From Mustelus asterias (lineage: Eukaryota), in NCBI RefSeq assembly GCF_964213995.1, contig NW_027590143.1, positions 930,001 to 994,000 on the forward strand: a stretch of 64,000 bases of DNA, read 5' to 3'. The translations under genes were made by a program, and so were the position numbers. The notes beneath the pieces were generated by a model, which had not been told where the DNA came from, made no database searches, and saw only the letters and a program-made list of their open reading frames with translations. Position 1 is the first letter of the stretch. Every line of letters begins with the position of its first letter. This document shows, in pieces, positions 38,726 to 49,742 of this stretch.

Positions 38726-38784
38726 TGGGCTCCACAGTGAGTTTTGTCCCTTCGCCAAAGACAAGCTTCACAATTCCACCATAG
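38726..38784 (-). CDS. TRDJ: TCR delta J segment, functional
   Basis: YGGIVKLVFGEGTKLTVEP + A|gtaagt. 12-RSS: CACAGTG (38785-38791), 12 nt, ACAAAATAT (38804-38812). Confidence 0.95.
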
Positions 38785-39043
38785 CACAGTGGTAACAACT
38801 ACTACAAAATATCGACCCAGCCACATGAACACAGGTCTAGCTTACATTCACTTTGAGTTATTATTACTCTTTTTAATTAGCTTCCCTCCCGAACCAAATA
38901 TAACCATTTCCTCCCTGTCCACCCCCCTCCCCACCACCCCCCCCACCCCCCCCCCCACCCCCCCACACACACACAGACTTAGTTCCCACTGTTTTTTTAA
39001 ACATATTTTAAAGAGCACAATATTTGGACAAGAAATTGACGGA

Positions 39044-39360
39044 GGGCGGCAAAGTGGCACAATGGTTAGCACTGCTGCCTCACAGCCAGGGACCCGGATT
39101 CAATTCCGGCCTCGGGTCACTCTCTGTGTGGAGTCTGCATGTTCTCCCCGTGTCTACGTGGGTTTCCTCCGGGTGCTCCGGTTTCCTCCCACAGTCCAAA
39201 GATTGCGGGTTAGGTTGATTGACCAAGCTAAATTGACCGTAGTGTCAGGGGATTAGCAAGGTAAATATGTGGAGTTATGGGGATAGCGCATGTGTGGGAT
39301 TGTGGTCAGTGCAGACTCGATGGGCTGAATGGCCTCCTTCTGCACTGTCGGATTCTCTGA
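39044..39360 (+). mobile_element. tRNA-derived SINE (HE1/V-SINE-like)
   Basis: Close match to the 433-745 copy. Confidence 0.8.
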
Positions 39361-40446
39361 TTCGCTTTTTCCATCTCCCCGATACTTCTCCCTGAGCAGA
39401 AGGAGGCCATTCGGCTCACCCATCATTCAATGAGATCACGACTGATCTGATGTGATAATCCTCAACTCCAGTGTCCTCATAACCCTCGATTTCCTTGCGG
39501 ATTAAAAATCTGTCTATCCCAGCATTGAAAATGCTTAACGACAGCCTATACATCCCTCTGTGGTAACGAAGTCCACAGATTCGGTACCGTCTGAAGGACG
39601 AAATTCTTCATCATCTCTCTCTTTAAATCGGCAACCCCTTATTCTGGGATTTAGCCTCTGGTCCTAGACTCTCCCACAAGGGAATAGAATAGAAGTCTAC
39701 AGTATATCAAAGGCTCTTCGGCCCATCGTGTCTGCCCCGGCCAAAGATAAACCAGCTGACTTTTCTAATCCCATTTCCAGCACTTGGTCCATTGCCGTGT
39801 ATGATATGGCATCAAAAGCGCATAACCAAACACTCCTTAAATGTTGTGAGGGTCTCTGTCACCACCACCCTTTCAGACAGTGAGTTCCAGATTTCTGTCA
39901 CCCTTAGGACGAAAAGGTTCTCGTCACATTCCCTCCAAATCGCCTATCCCTGCCTTAAATCAATGCATCCCCCCCCACCCCCACCAAAAGAACACTGCTC
40001 ATTGATCCCTCTAAAATGGGGATACGTGTCTTCCTGTCTGCGCTATCTCTGCCCCTCGTTAGGCTGAAGCGACTTTTACGGTGCTGTCTATCTCTATGAC
40101 TCTATCGGGGCGTGCCTCTTCTAACTATCTATCAATGTGTCATTTAATTGCATTACGCACAAACATTTCATTAACACATCTCCTTGCTCGCTACCCAAGT
40201 GGGTTTTTATGATTCAAGGCCAATTAAATGTTTTAAGGAAACAATCGTGAATTGTGGAATCAAAAAAGATTTCATCTGCTCCATCTCAATGTCCATTGAA
40301 GCTGCTCTTTGGATTCCCAATGAGAGTTCCTCACCCGGTCTATAGAACAAGTGATAATTGAAATAACACAGCGACTGTCTGTCTCAATGAAGTGATAGGG
40401 AGAAAATAATATGTTGAGTGATCATTATCCAGGATTAGTTACTTAC

Positions 40447-40509
40447 TGGGTTCCACAATCAGCCTGGTTCCATTGCCGAAGATGAGCTTTGCAGTCTCTC
40501 CATACGTTA
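40447..40509 (-). CDS. TRDJ: TCR delta J segment (D-proximal), probably functional
   Basis: TYGETAKLIFGNGTRLIVEP + A|gtaagt. 12-RSS with variant heptamer CACACCC (40510-40516) and nonamer ACAAGATCC (40529-40537). Confidence 0.92.
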
Positions 40510-40633
40510 CACACCCGTTGATTCCATAACAAGATCCATTGTGGTGCTGGGAGTGTGCTGTTGAGAGAGTTTGGTGTTCTCCTGTGGGCTGTGAGGTTAT
40601 TGCACGGGCGTGAAGGGAGATTCAACTACTGTG

Positions 40634-40648
40634 GTCCCACGATATCCC
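40634..40648 (-). CDS. TRDD: TCR delta D segment
   Basis: GGGATATCGTGGGAC, open in all three frames (GISWD/GYRG/DIVG). 5' 12-RSS: CACAGTG 40649-40655, ACAAAAACT 40668-40676. 3' 23-RSS: CACAGTA 40633-40627, GCAATAACC 40603-40595. Confidence 0.93.
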
Positions 40649-42835
40649 CACAGTGATACATGCCAGCACAAAAACTCTTCAGCAGCTGTTGCTGCTACTG
40701 CTGTCGCATGTATCATCTCAGCTGCGACAGCAGAATGTCGCTGATTGATGCAACTATCAATTCCACTCCCATGAAGCAACGCACCCGATTAAAACCGTCC
40801 ATGTGATTTCACATGAGCACTGGCTAAAAATATTTGGCACAGCACACCTGTAGGGGTTAGATAACCAGCAGGATGTTCTGCGGTTGGGGTAATTTTTCAG
40901 GAAAATTGTTAAAAGAACGGAGGTAAGGAAGCTGAGGTGGAAAAGTGGGCGGGGATGAGGGAGGGGGGATTGGGGGAGGGGGGGGCGGGCAGGCGGGAAG
41001 GTGAGGAATTAACCTCGAGAATTCCCCAGCTCAGGAAGAAGGCAATTGAAGGCACAGTTGCGGATTGAGGGGCGAAAAGAATTAGGGGCACTTTCAAAAG
41101 GCAAAAACTATAGAAACAACAGATTGAAAAAGAACACAGGTTGGAGACGATTCCAGAGACGTTGAGAAGGGCATCCATCGAAGGATTTGATGAGAAGTAG
41201 GTGAATCGGTTTTGGTTTTATTTATCATCTCAAGGGGTGAGGACTTCGCTCACATCCCTAATTGCCCTGAATTGAATGGATTGTTTAAAGTTTATTAATT
41301 AGTGCAACAGCTGGGCTTACATTAACACTGCAGTGAAGTTACTGTGACAATCCCCCCGTCGCCACACTCTGGCACCTGTTCGGGTACACTGAGGGACAAT
41401 TTAGCATGGTCAAGGCACCTAACCAGCACGTCTTTCGGACTGTAGGAGAAACCGGACAATTGTTAGATCATTCCAGATGGCAAGCCATTGCTGTGCATCT
41501 GGAGTCAGATCAGGTAAGCTTGGTTCTGTTATCCAGCCTCAAAACCTTGACTCAATTTTCTCTCCACAGATGCTGGGATTTTCCAGAATTTTCTGTTTTT
41601 GCTTCGAGCCTAGAGAACCCTTCGTCAGAGCTAGCGAAAGGTCATCTAGACTCGAAACGTGTGCACTATTCGCTCCCCACAGATGCTGTCAGAGCTGTGA
41701 GATTTTCTAGCATTTTCTGTTTGTGTTGAGGAAGTTCTGCAATATCACTCATCAATGTTTAGATGAGGTATCAAATAATCTGCCTTGTCTGTTGGGCGTT
41801 TAATGTCCCGTGGCTGATTTGAAAGGGGAGCTGTCGAGTTAGTCAAAGAGTCATAAACTTCTACAGACCTTCGGCCCATCTTGTCTGTGCTAACCATCAA
41901 ACATGTAACCATTCCAATCACATCTTCCAGCTCTTGGTCCATAACCTTGTATATAATGCGTGTCAGGTGGTCATCGAAATGCTTCTTTCATAGCTGGAAA
42001 ATCCTGGGGGCAACCATTGACCAGAAACCTTTAAGAGTCAACCATATTGCTGTGTTTCTGGAGTCACATTTAGGCACATTTCCTTCCCTAAAAGGGCATT
42101 AGTAAACAAGATGGGTTTTGACAACAATCGACAATGGTCTCAATGGTTTTTTTATTTACTTCAAATTTCATCATCTGCCTTGTTCGGATTTGAACTTGGG
42201 TACCCGCCCGACTTAGTAACCTGGGTCCTTGAGTCGCTAATCTAGTGTCAATACCAGTGGGCTATCAACTGCCCATATCCCAGTATTGAAAACCCACAAC
42301 CATCAATGAGCGGACACATGTTGTTAGGTCAGGATGAGATCAGAAATGGAGATGAAGTCCTAAGTGATGTTCTTCCTATAAACCTTCTGTTCTACCAGGA
42401 TGGAAGATTCCATCACTCAACCCCTTTTCGACATGTTTCCACCTCCCTGCAATTAACACATAATATTTACAATGTTGACATTGTAAATACTGAACGTACT
42501 CCCCTTTGAAAATCACTAACGAACCGGCTCCCCCACTCTAACTATTTGGCTCCTGAACAACCAGAAACGAGTGCAAATCATTTAAATCTGCGTGATTTTG
42601 ACACCTGCCTTCCTGCCAATGCAATTATCTCTCCTTGGGTATTCCATATAAATACGAATTTGGATGGCGAATATTCTGTGTCAGCTCAGTTTCTCAAGAC
42701 TCCACACATAATTGCAGGATGTTATTCTTACATAGCTTTGCTCTGAAGGGTGAGACATGGATGGGTGTTGGATGTTTCCTGAGTGATGACTTTCGTTGAG
42801 AATGGAATATATTCAAGGTGTTCATTATTCTCGAC

Positions 42836-43615
42836 ACGAGTCTGTGTCCTCAGCCCCTTACTTTACTCCTCATACACCTAAGATTCTGTGGCCAAATTCC
42901 CCTCAAGCTCGATTTGCAACTTTGCTGAGACGCCACTGTAGTAGGGCGGATCTCAGACAATGATTAGACAGAGCACAGGAAAGATAGAGAGAATTTGGTG
43001 AATTGATGCGATGCTAATAATCTCTCCCTCAGTGTCAACAAAACAAATGACCTAGTCATCGACTTCAGGAAGCGTGATGGAAGACACGCCCTTGTCTACA
43101 TCAACGGGATGAAGTGGAAATACTCAAGAGCTTCAGGTTTCTCGGTGTCCGGATCACCAACAACCCGTCTTATCTCTCCACGCCGAGGCTGCAGTTAAAA
43201 AAAGCCCACCAACGCCTTCACTTTCTCAAGAGGCTAAGGACATTCGGCATGTCCGCTGCGACTCTTACCAACCTTTAGAGGTGCACCATAGAAAGTATCC
43301 TTTCTGGCTCTATCACGGCTTGCTCCTGCTCTGTCCAAGATCACAAGAAACTACAAACGATCGTAAACGAAGCCCAGTTCATCACGCGAACCAGCCTCCC
43401 ATCCTTTGACTCTGTCTACACTTCCCACTGCCTCGGCAAAGCAGCCAGCATGATCAAGGACCACACGCACCCAGGGCATATTCTCTTCCACCTTCTTCCG
43501 TCGAGAAGAGATGCAAAAGTCTGAGGTTACGTATCAACCGTCTCAAAAGCAGCTTCTTCCTTGCTGCTGTCAGACCTTTGAATGGACCTAACTCATATTA
43601 AGTTGACCTTTCGCT
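42836..43615 (+). mobile_element. Decayed Rex1/Babar-like non-LTR retrotransposon, RT C-terminal part
   Basis: Remnants of SPLL(Y)S..T.D.VAKFPS...FA(D)D.TVVGRISDND, LVIDFRK, KAHQRLHFL and YRCTIES, which are distinct from the CR1 copies. Confidence 0.65.
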
Positions 43616-45100
43616 ACAACCTGCGTTGGAAATGCGTTGGGTTGCATGGGATGGCAAGGGATAGTCTGTGAGAGAGTCGATACAGATTTCATGGGCCTCA
43701 TAACTGCTTCTGCACTTTAGTGATTCTATGAATCTGGTGTGCACGACCAAATCTGAAATCGAAGCAGAAAATATTGGGAATATTTAGCAGGTCAGACAAC
43801 AGTTTGGAGATAGAAAGAGAGTTCCCAGTTTTTGACTGTGACCTTGCATCAGGAGAGTTAGAAATCTAATAGGCTTTGAGCAACTGAATGGGCAAAGCGG
43901 GAAGAAAATAAAGTACAAAATCTGAGATAAGGTGGAGGGTATGAGAGATTCATTTGCAAAGAATTTCATGTTCCAACTTTTTATTGTTTATTTATAGGTT
44001 TGTGCGTGTTACTGGGTCGCGAAGCATTTATTGTCCAAGGTGGCGGTGAAGTACCAACTTGAACCATTGCAGTCCATGTGGTGTAATTACACCCACCGTG
44101 ATGCGAGGGAGGGAGTCCCATGATTTTGACTCAGCCACAATGAAGGAATGGTGATACATTTCCAAGCCAGGATGGTGAGAAGCTTGGAGGGGAATGTTGA
44201 ATGAGATTCAGTAATGGTAATGCGGTTGAATTTTTAAGGGCGACTGTTCGACTCTTTCTTGTTGGAGATGGTCATTGCCTGGCACTTGTGCAGCTTAAAT
44301 GTTTTGTTGTGACCTGCCAGCTCAAGCCTGGATATTGTCCAGGTCTTGTTGCATTTGGACATAGAGTGCGTCGGCATCTGAGGAGTTGCGAATGATGCTA
44401 AGCATTGTGCAGTCATAAGCAGAGATCCCCACTTCTAACCATTTGATGGTATGAAGGAAGCAATGTTTGCAAGTTTTGTTGTATTGTTCCATCCTGGGCA
44501 AATCAAAACAGCTTTGTGAGCAGGTATTTGCGCAGTTTTTATGTTTGAAACAACCGTGCATGAAATATGCGCCATGTGAAATTAACATTAAGCATGTGGC
44601 TAAAAGGATGCGCATGGACCCACTATTGTGAGCGAACGTAAGTTCACACTGCGACAATGATTATCTCAATAGCCATCGAAATAATCTGCTGCTTTCAGTT
44701 ACTTAGTATTAGTGAAGAGCACACATTGTCACATTGCGTCTGACAATCAGAAACGTTTCAATACATAATCCGCATGTTTAGCAGTAAGGAATAACCTTTC
44801 GAATTTCTCAGTTTCAGGAGAAACTTGCTTTTCTTTCGTCTATTCTGGTCCTGGTCAAGATTCACAGGGTGCATCCACATTCAATGATCAGCTATCTGGC
44901 CTGAACTCCGCGTGAGTGTCCTTCACCAACAGCTCTGTGTAATTCTGTCAGACTGGATCAGGAAGGGTCAGTCGCGCTTCTCGGTTGTTTCATTCGTCTC
45001 GCGTGTATACCTTTGCTCAATAGTGGAAGAAAAAACGGTAGCTAATCTATGTATTTGTCAATGCTCTCATTGTCATTGCTCTCCCAATGCTCTCTGGTGG

Positions 45101-45139
45101 CACAGTGAACAGAACGCACTCATCAATGCAACAGAAACA
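45101..45139 (+). other. Orphan 23-spacer recombination signal sequence, inverted relative to the V-gene RSS
   Basis: CACAGTG (45101-45107), exactly 23 nt, ACAGAAACA (45131-45139). Confidence 0.6.
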
Positions 45140-45705
45140 TCGACTCATAGAATCGACACACAGACGCTGGTCTTTCGGTCGTTCCAACATACTGATATTA
45201 TTGCCGCGGATGGCCTTTCCTCCAATGCTCTTCATCCAATCCGATCAATATATTTTTAGGTTTCCTTCTCCCTCGTATGCTTAACTAGATTCGCCTTAAA
45301 TGCATCTGTGCGATTTGCCTTAGTTACTCCCTGTGGTAGCAAGTTCCACATAAGAACCACAGAGCAATGGAATAATTACTGTGCAAATGGGGCTTGAATC
45401 CCAGAAAGGCAGATGCTGAAATTTGAATTCAATAAAAATCTGAAAACAAAAATCTAATGATGACCATGAAACCATTGTCGATTGTCGTGAAGAATAATCT
45501 GATTCACGAATGTCGTTTTATGGAAGGAAATCTGCCTTCCTTACTTGATCTTGCTTACATGTGACGGCATATCCACGCAACAATGCGGTTGACTCTCAAG
45601 CACCATTTGAAATGACCTAAGAAACCATTCAATTCATGGAAAATTAAGGATGGGCATCCCATGAATGGAAAGAAAAGCAGGGAAATGGCTGCAATTCCTC
45701 TTGTG

Positions 45706-45744
45706 GGTTTTTGTACAAGTCTGGATGTGATCTATATCAGTGTG
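45706..45744 (-). other. 23-RSS of the IgH-like V
   Basis: CACACTG, 23 nt, ACAAAAACC (consensus nonamer). Confidence 0.95.
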
Positions 45745-46049
45745 CTGCTGTGCACAGTAATACGTCGCGCTGTCTGCTATTGTTAACGTGCTGACAGAGA
45801 GATCGAATACGTTGTTGGAAAGGTCCTTGGATGGAATGAATCGTCCACCAAGCTGCTGATTGTAATCGTTTCTATTTTCATTATTGTACCAAAGCAGCCA
45901 TCCCAGTCCCGTCTCAGGACTGTGCCGGTACCAGAGCATGGTGTAGCTCCCAAGATCAAATCCGCTGGTTTTACAGGTTAGGGTCAGGGATTGCCCTACT
46001 ACCCCCGTTTCTGCCTCTGGCTGGGTCAACACCACATCCGACTGGACGC
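45745..46049 (-). CDS. Ig heavy-chain-like V exon in the TCR delta locus (VH-delta/TAILV-like)
   Basis: ttagcag|GC GTC CAG TCG: (C)VQS-DVVLTQPEAETGVVGQSLTLTCKTSGFDLGSYTMLWYRH...GLGWL...GRFIPSKDLSNNVFDL...DSATYYCAQQ. The motifs LTCKTSGFDL, RF..SKD.SNN.F and YYCA are typical of shark IgM VH. The frame is open and the 23-RSS is intact. Confidence 0.92.
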
Positions 46050-46168
46050 CTGCTAAAGGGAAGAAACAATAATTATGGTGAGGTGAATCCAGTTTGTGTC
46101 ATTCCACAGGGAATGATTGATGTCAAACAGAAACTGTGCAAATTTTCTGATAATATCCAACTACTCAC

Positions 46169-46220
46169 AAGATAAGATGACAAGGAACACACAGAGAAAT
46201 ATCGCTAGCATCATGCTCAT
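46169..46220 (-). CDS. Leader exon of the IgH-like V
   Basis: ATG AGC ATG ATG...TCT T|gtgagt gives MSMMLAIFLCVFLVILS, phase 1, followed by a 119-bp intron. Confidence 0.9.
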
Positions 46221-46892
46221 GGAGCCTGTGTTAAATTAGACACCCCGACAGAACCCCCAGTCACTCACTGAACAAAGTACTAAGCTGATCGTTAGATTCT
46301 GATCGTCAGTCACAAGGATTTGTGCAATGGGAGGGGGAAGGCCTTGACAAGACAACGACTATTGGCTGCCTGGAATGGAAGACGCTGTCATCACATGATG
46401 ACACCCACCTTAATACAGAATGGGCGTCAACAAATCTTCATTGTTAATTAAGTCTGCACAGACTCACTGTTACTCACGATGAATTGAACCCTATTCCTGA
46501 TGTTCCCGTTAACATTACCATTTGGAATATTGTTTCACTAGGTGACCGATTTCATGTTGCTTTAGCCTCACTGTGTTAGCTGTGCACTGACATAAGCAGG
46601 GTGTCCTCCATCGTCACCCTCCTGACATCGAAAGCAAATATATTGTGTGTAAGGTCATTGGAAGCAGTGACTCTTCCTTCAGACTCCTCACTGTTGGATA
46701 TTTAGCTGGTCCTGCCTCTTCCCGGTACTCTTCTGGTTCTAATATGGCCACTGGCCACTGAGGTCGAAGCAACTGGTTTTGGAGGCTAGGGGCAGGAACT
46801 ACCCTGGGAGCCCCATCTCTGCCTCTGACTGCGTCAGCGATACTTCCAACTTGACATCTGTTAAAGTTAGAGAGACATCAGTCATGGTGAAG

Positions 46893-47187
46893 GGCGACAC
46901 GGTAGCACATTGGTTGACACTGCTGCCGCATTACACGACAGAACAGGTTTCGATTCCAGCCTTGGCTGACTATATGGAGTTTGCACGGTCTCCCCGTGTG
47001 TGTGTGAGTTTCCTCTCGGTGCTCCGGTTCCCTCCCATAGTCCAAACATGTCTGAAGTTTTGGTGGATTGGCCATGCTCAATTACTCCTTAGTGTCCCAA
47101 GACGTTTAGATTGTTTGATTGGCGAAGTTAGGGGAAAGGGCGGGTTGTGGATCTGGGTGCAGACTTCTGCACTGTAGGGATTCTATG
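46893..47187 (+). mobile_element. tRNA-derived SINE (HE1/V-SINE-like)
   Basis: Head, body and CTGCACTGTAGGGATTCTATG tail. Confidence 0.75.
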
Positions 47188-49703
47188 ATGACTCCTGCCG
47201 GTTTAACACCACTGAGTTGAGGCACAGTGGAAAACACAAACACACACGCACACACGAGGCATTGGGAGAATTGTCAACCCACTCTGCATATGGAATCCTC
47301 CAATAGACTGATTAACATTGTTGGCTATGGCCAAGAAAAGGAGGAGAAATGGAATGGATTTCATGCATGTTGTAAAGTTTGCATAAAAGGGCAGGAATCA
47401 CCATCGAATATCGCAGACTGAAAAGATCCTTTACTCACCAATCTGTGTCACAGATGTGTGTGTGTGTGTTGAAGACACGATCATTGGTTCTATGCACTTG
47501 TGGGTTATTAATAATCGTTTCAGAGGGAATACAACATCCCTGCATCTGGCTGTCCAGCTCTTTTAGACTTTTATACGTTTCCGTGAGATGCCCTTTCATT
47601 CATCTAAATTTCAGTGAACATTGGCCCAGTAGACTCAATCACTTCCTCATATGACAATCGTTCTCTCCCAGGAACCAGTCTGGTCAACCATTGCTGCAAT
47701 CCCTCTATGGTATGTATATCCTTTATTAGATAAGGAGACCAAACTGCATGCAATACTCCAGGTATGGTTTCTCCAAGGCCCGATACAGCTGTATGAATAC
47801 ATCCTTGCAATGAAGGCCAACATAGCATATGCCTTTCTAACTACTTGCTGACGCTGCATTCTTGCTTTCAGTAACTGGTGTGGGAGGACACCAATGTCCC
47901 TTTGCAACAACAATAGTATTCTTGCAAGAACAATACCAGAACTTGCAATAAATAACAATCTTTAGAACCATTAATAATGGTGCCTTCTCTATTAGCAGCA
48001 AGTGCCAAGGCTTGAATCATTTCAATGTTACAAATGTTCATTTATGCAGCAAATTTGATTCCTGTCTCTAGCACCTCGAGATTCGCCCCTTACCCTTAGC
48101 AATAGTGGCACTCAGTCGGATCACGCCAGCAATATGCTAAGGGAATAAGTGCAATAGTCTTCGTGAAAACAAAATGACTCTTGTCCTTGTGCTGAGGACC
48201 TCACACACATTGGTTCCAGCTGTACTGTGTGCAGAGGCCGAGATGGCCGATGGACTGACACAACGTTGATTAATCCAATCCTACCCAAGCCTGGTAAATA
48301 ACCTGTTTGTGTTACAATCCACATTGAAAAAAGGGTCACTGAGGTGCCTCATATCCAACTGTGCGGAACGATCAGCAGCTGTGCTTAGCTTGGATTTAAA
48401 TTTATCCACAGCAGCAGCGGGAAGCGGCATCAATTACAATGTCAATGGTCATGATGATAGTGACAAGTAATTGACAGAACTCACTGCGCCGCGCACACAG
48501 ACACATCCTAACACACACAGGCACACACACACACACACACACACAGAATCCTGTTTTCAATCCATGGGCATTGTACTGGGGAAAGTCAAGGCGACGCAAA
48601 TCCTTGGCCGACATTGCCACTGGCCGCTGTCCACTGGATACGAAAGGCGACATTCCAATCTGCACGCAAGAACTGTGGTTGAGGATCACCAAACACCCAG
48701 CTATTCTAGTCGAATTTCCCAGCACTTGGTCCGTAGACTTGCATGCTACGGCGTGTCGAGTGTTCACCTGAATGCTGCTTAAATGTTGTGAGGGGTCGCC
48801 GTCTCATCAGGCAGTCAGTACCAGATTCCCACCACCCATTGGATGAAAGTGCTTTGACCCCAAATCACCACTAAATCTGCTGCCCCCTACCTTCAATTTA
48901 TGTCACCTCGTTATTGACCTCTCTACTAAGGGGAAATGTCCCTTCCTAGTCACAATATCTATATCCCTCGTAATTCTGTAGACCTCAATCAGGTCCCCCC
49001 CTCCCCCCCCCCCCCACATCTCTGCTTTAAGGAAAACAACCCCAGCCTAACCAGCCTCCCTTCATAGCTCATACGATCTCGCCCAGGAAACATCCTGGTG
49101 AGTCTCCTCTGCACCCTCTCTAGTGTAATCACATCCTTCGTAGTCTCTCATCATGTCTAAAAGTCTGCGTGTATCCATCTGTTGTTCAGAGCTGATCACA
49201 CTGTGCCTTCCTGCTTATTTGTATGTTCATCACCTGTAAGTTAGTTTCAAGTAAGCTAGTCACCATGTATCCATTTTGCCTGCTCGTCCAGCAGTTGATG
49301 TGGCTCCAAACTATCTAACGTCTTAGTGTCCGTGTATATGTTTTGTATGTTAGTCTAGCTCTGTCTATGAATCTATCCATTTAACTATCGAGTGACCATT
49401 TATTTGTTTTCTGTTAATTCATCCGTTCGTGTGTCTATACATCTATCTAACTGTCCGGTGACCATATTTCTGCCTTGTGTGTTAATGCATCAGTTCCTGT
49501 GTCTATCAATCTATCTTGTTAGCTGTCCAGTGACCATATATCTGTTTTATGTGTTACTGAATCAGCTGATGTGTCTAAGAATCTAATTCACATCTGTTTG
49601 CCTGTCTATCCCTGTGTTGATGCTGCAATTCTACAACACCGACATTGGACAATGGGACTACACATCATGCCGAGACCTTCCATTGCCTGGGAGAGGAACC
49701 TGC

Positions 49704-49742
49704 AGTTTATGCAGAGACTGCTGCCCGGAATATGCCAGTGTG
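49704..49742 (-). other. 23-RSS of the TCR-type V
   Basis: CACACTG, 23 nt, GCATAAACT. Confidence 0.9.

Noticed and set aside
38733-38739. CACAGTG heptamers inside J coding regions (also ~35512)
   Set aside because: They arise from the common CTC/GTC ACT GTG (L/V-T-V) codons and have no correctly spaced nonamer.
44624-44651. D-like arrangement TATTGTG-14 nt-CACACTG
   Set aside because: No acceptable nonamer at 12 or 23 spacing on either side.
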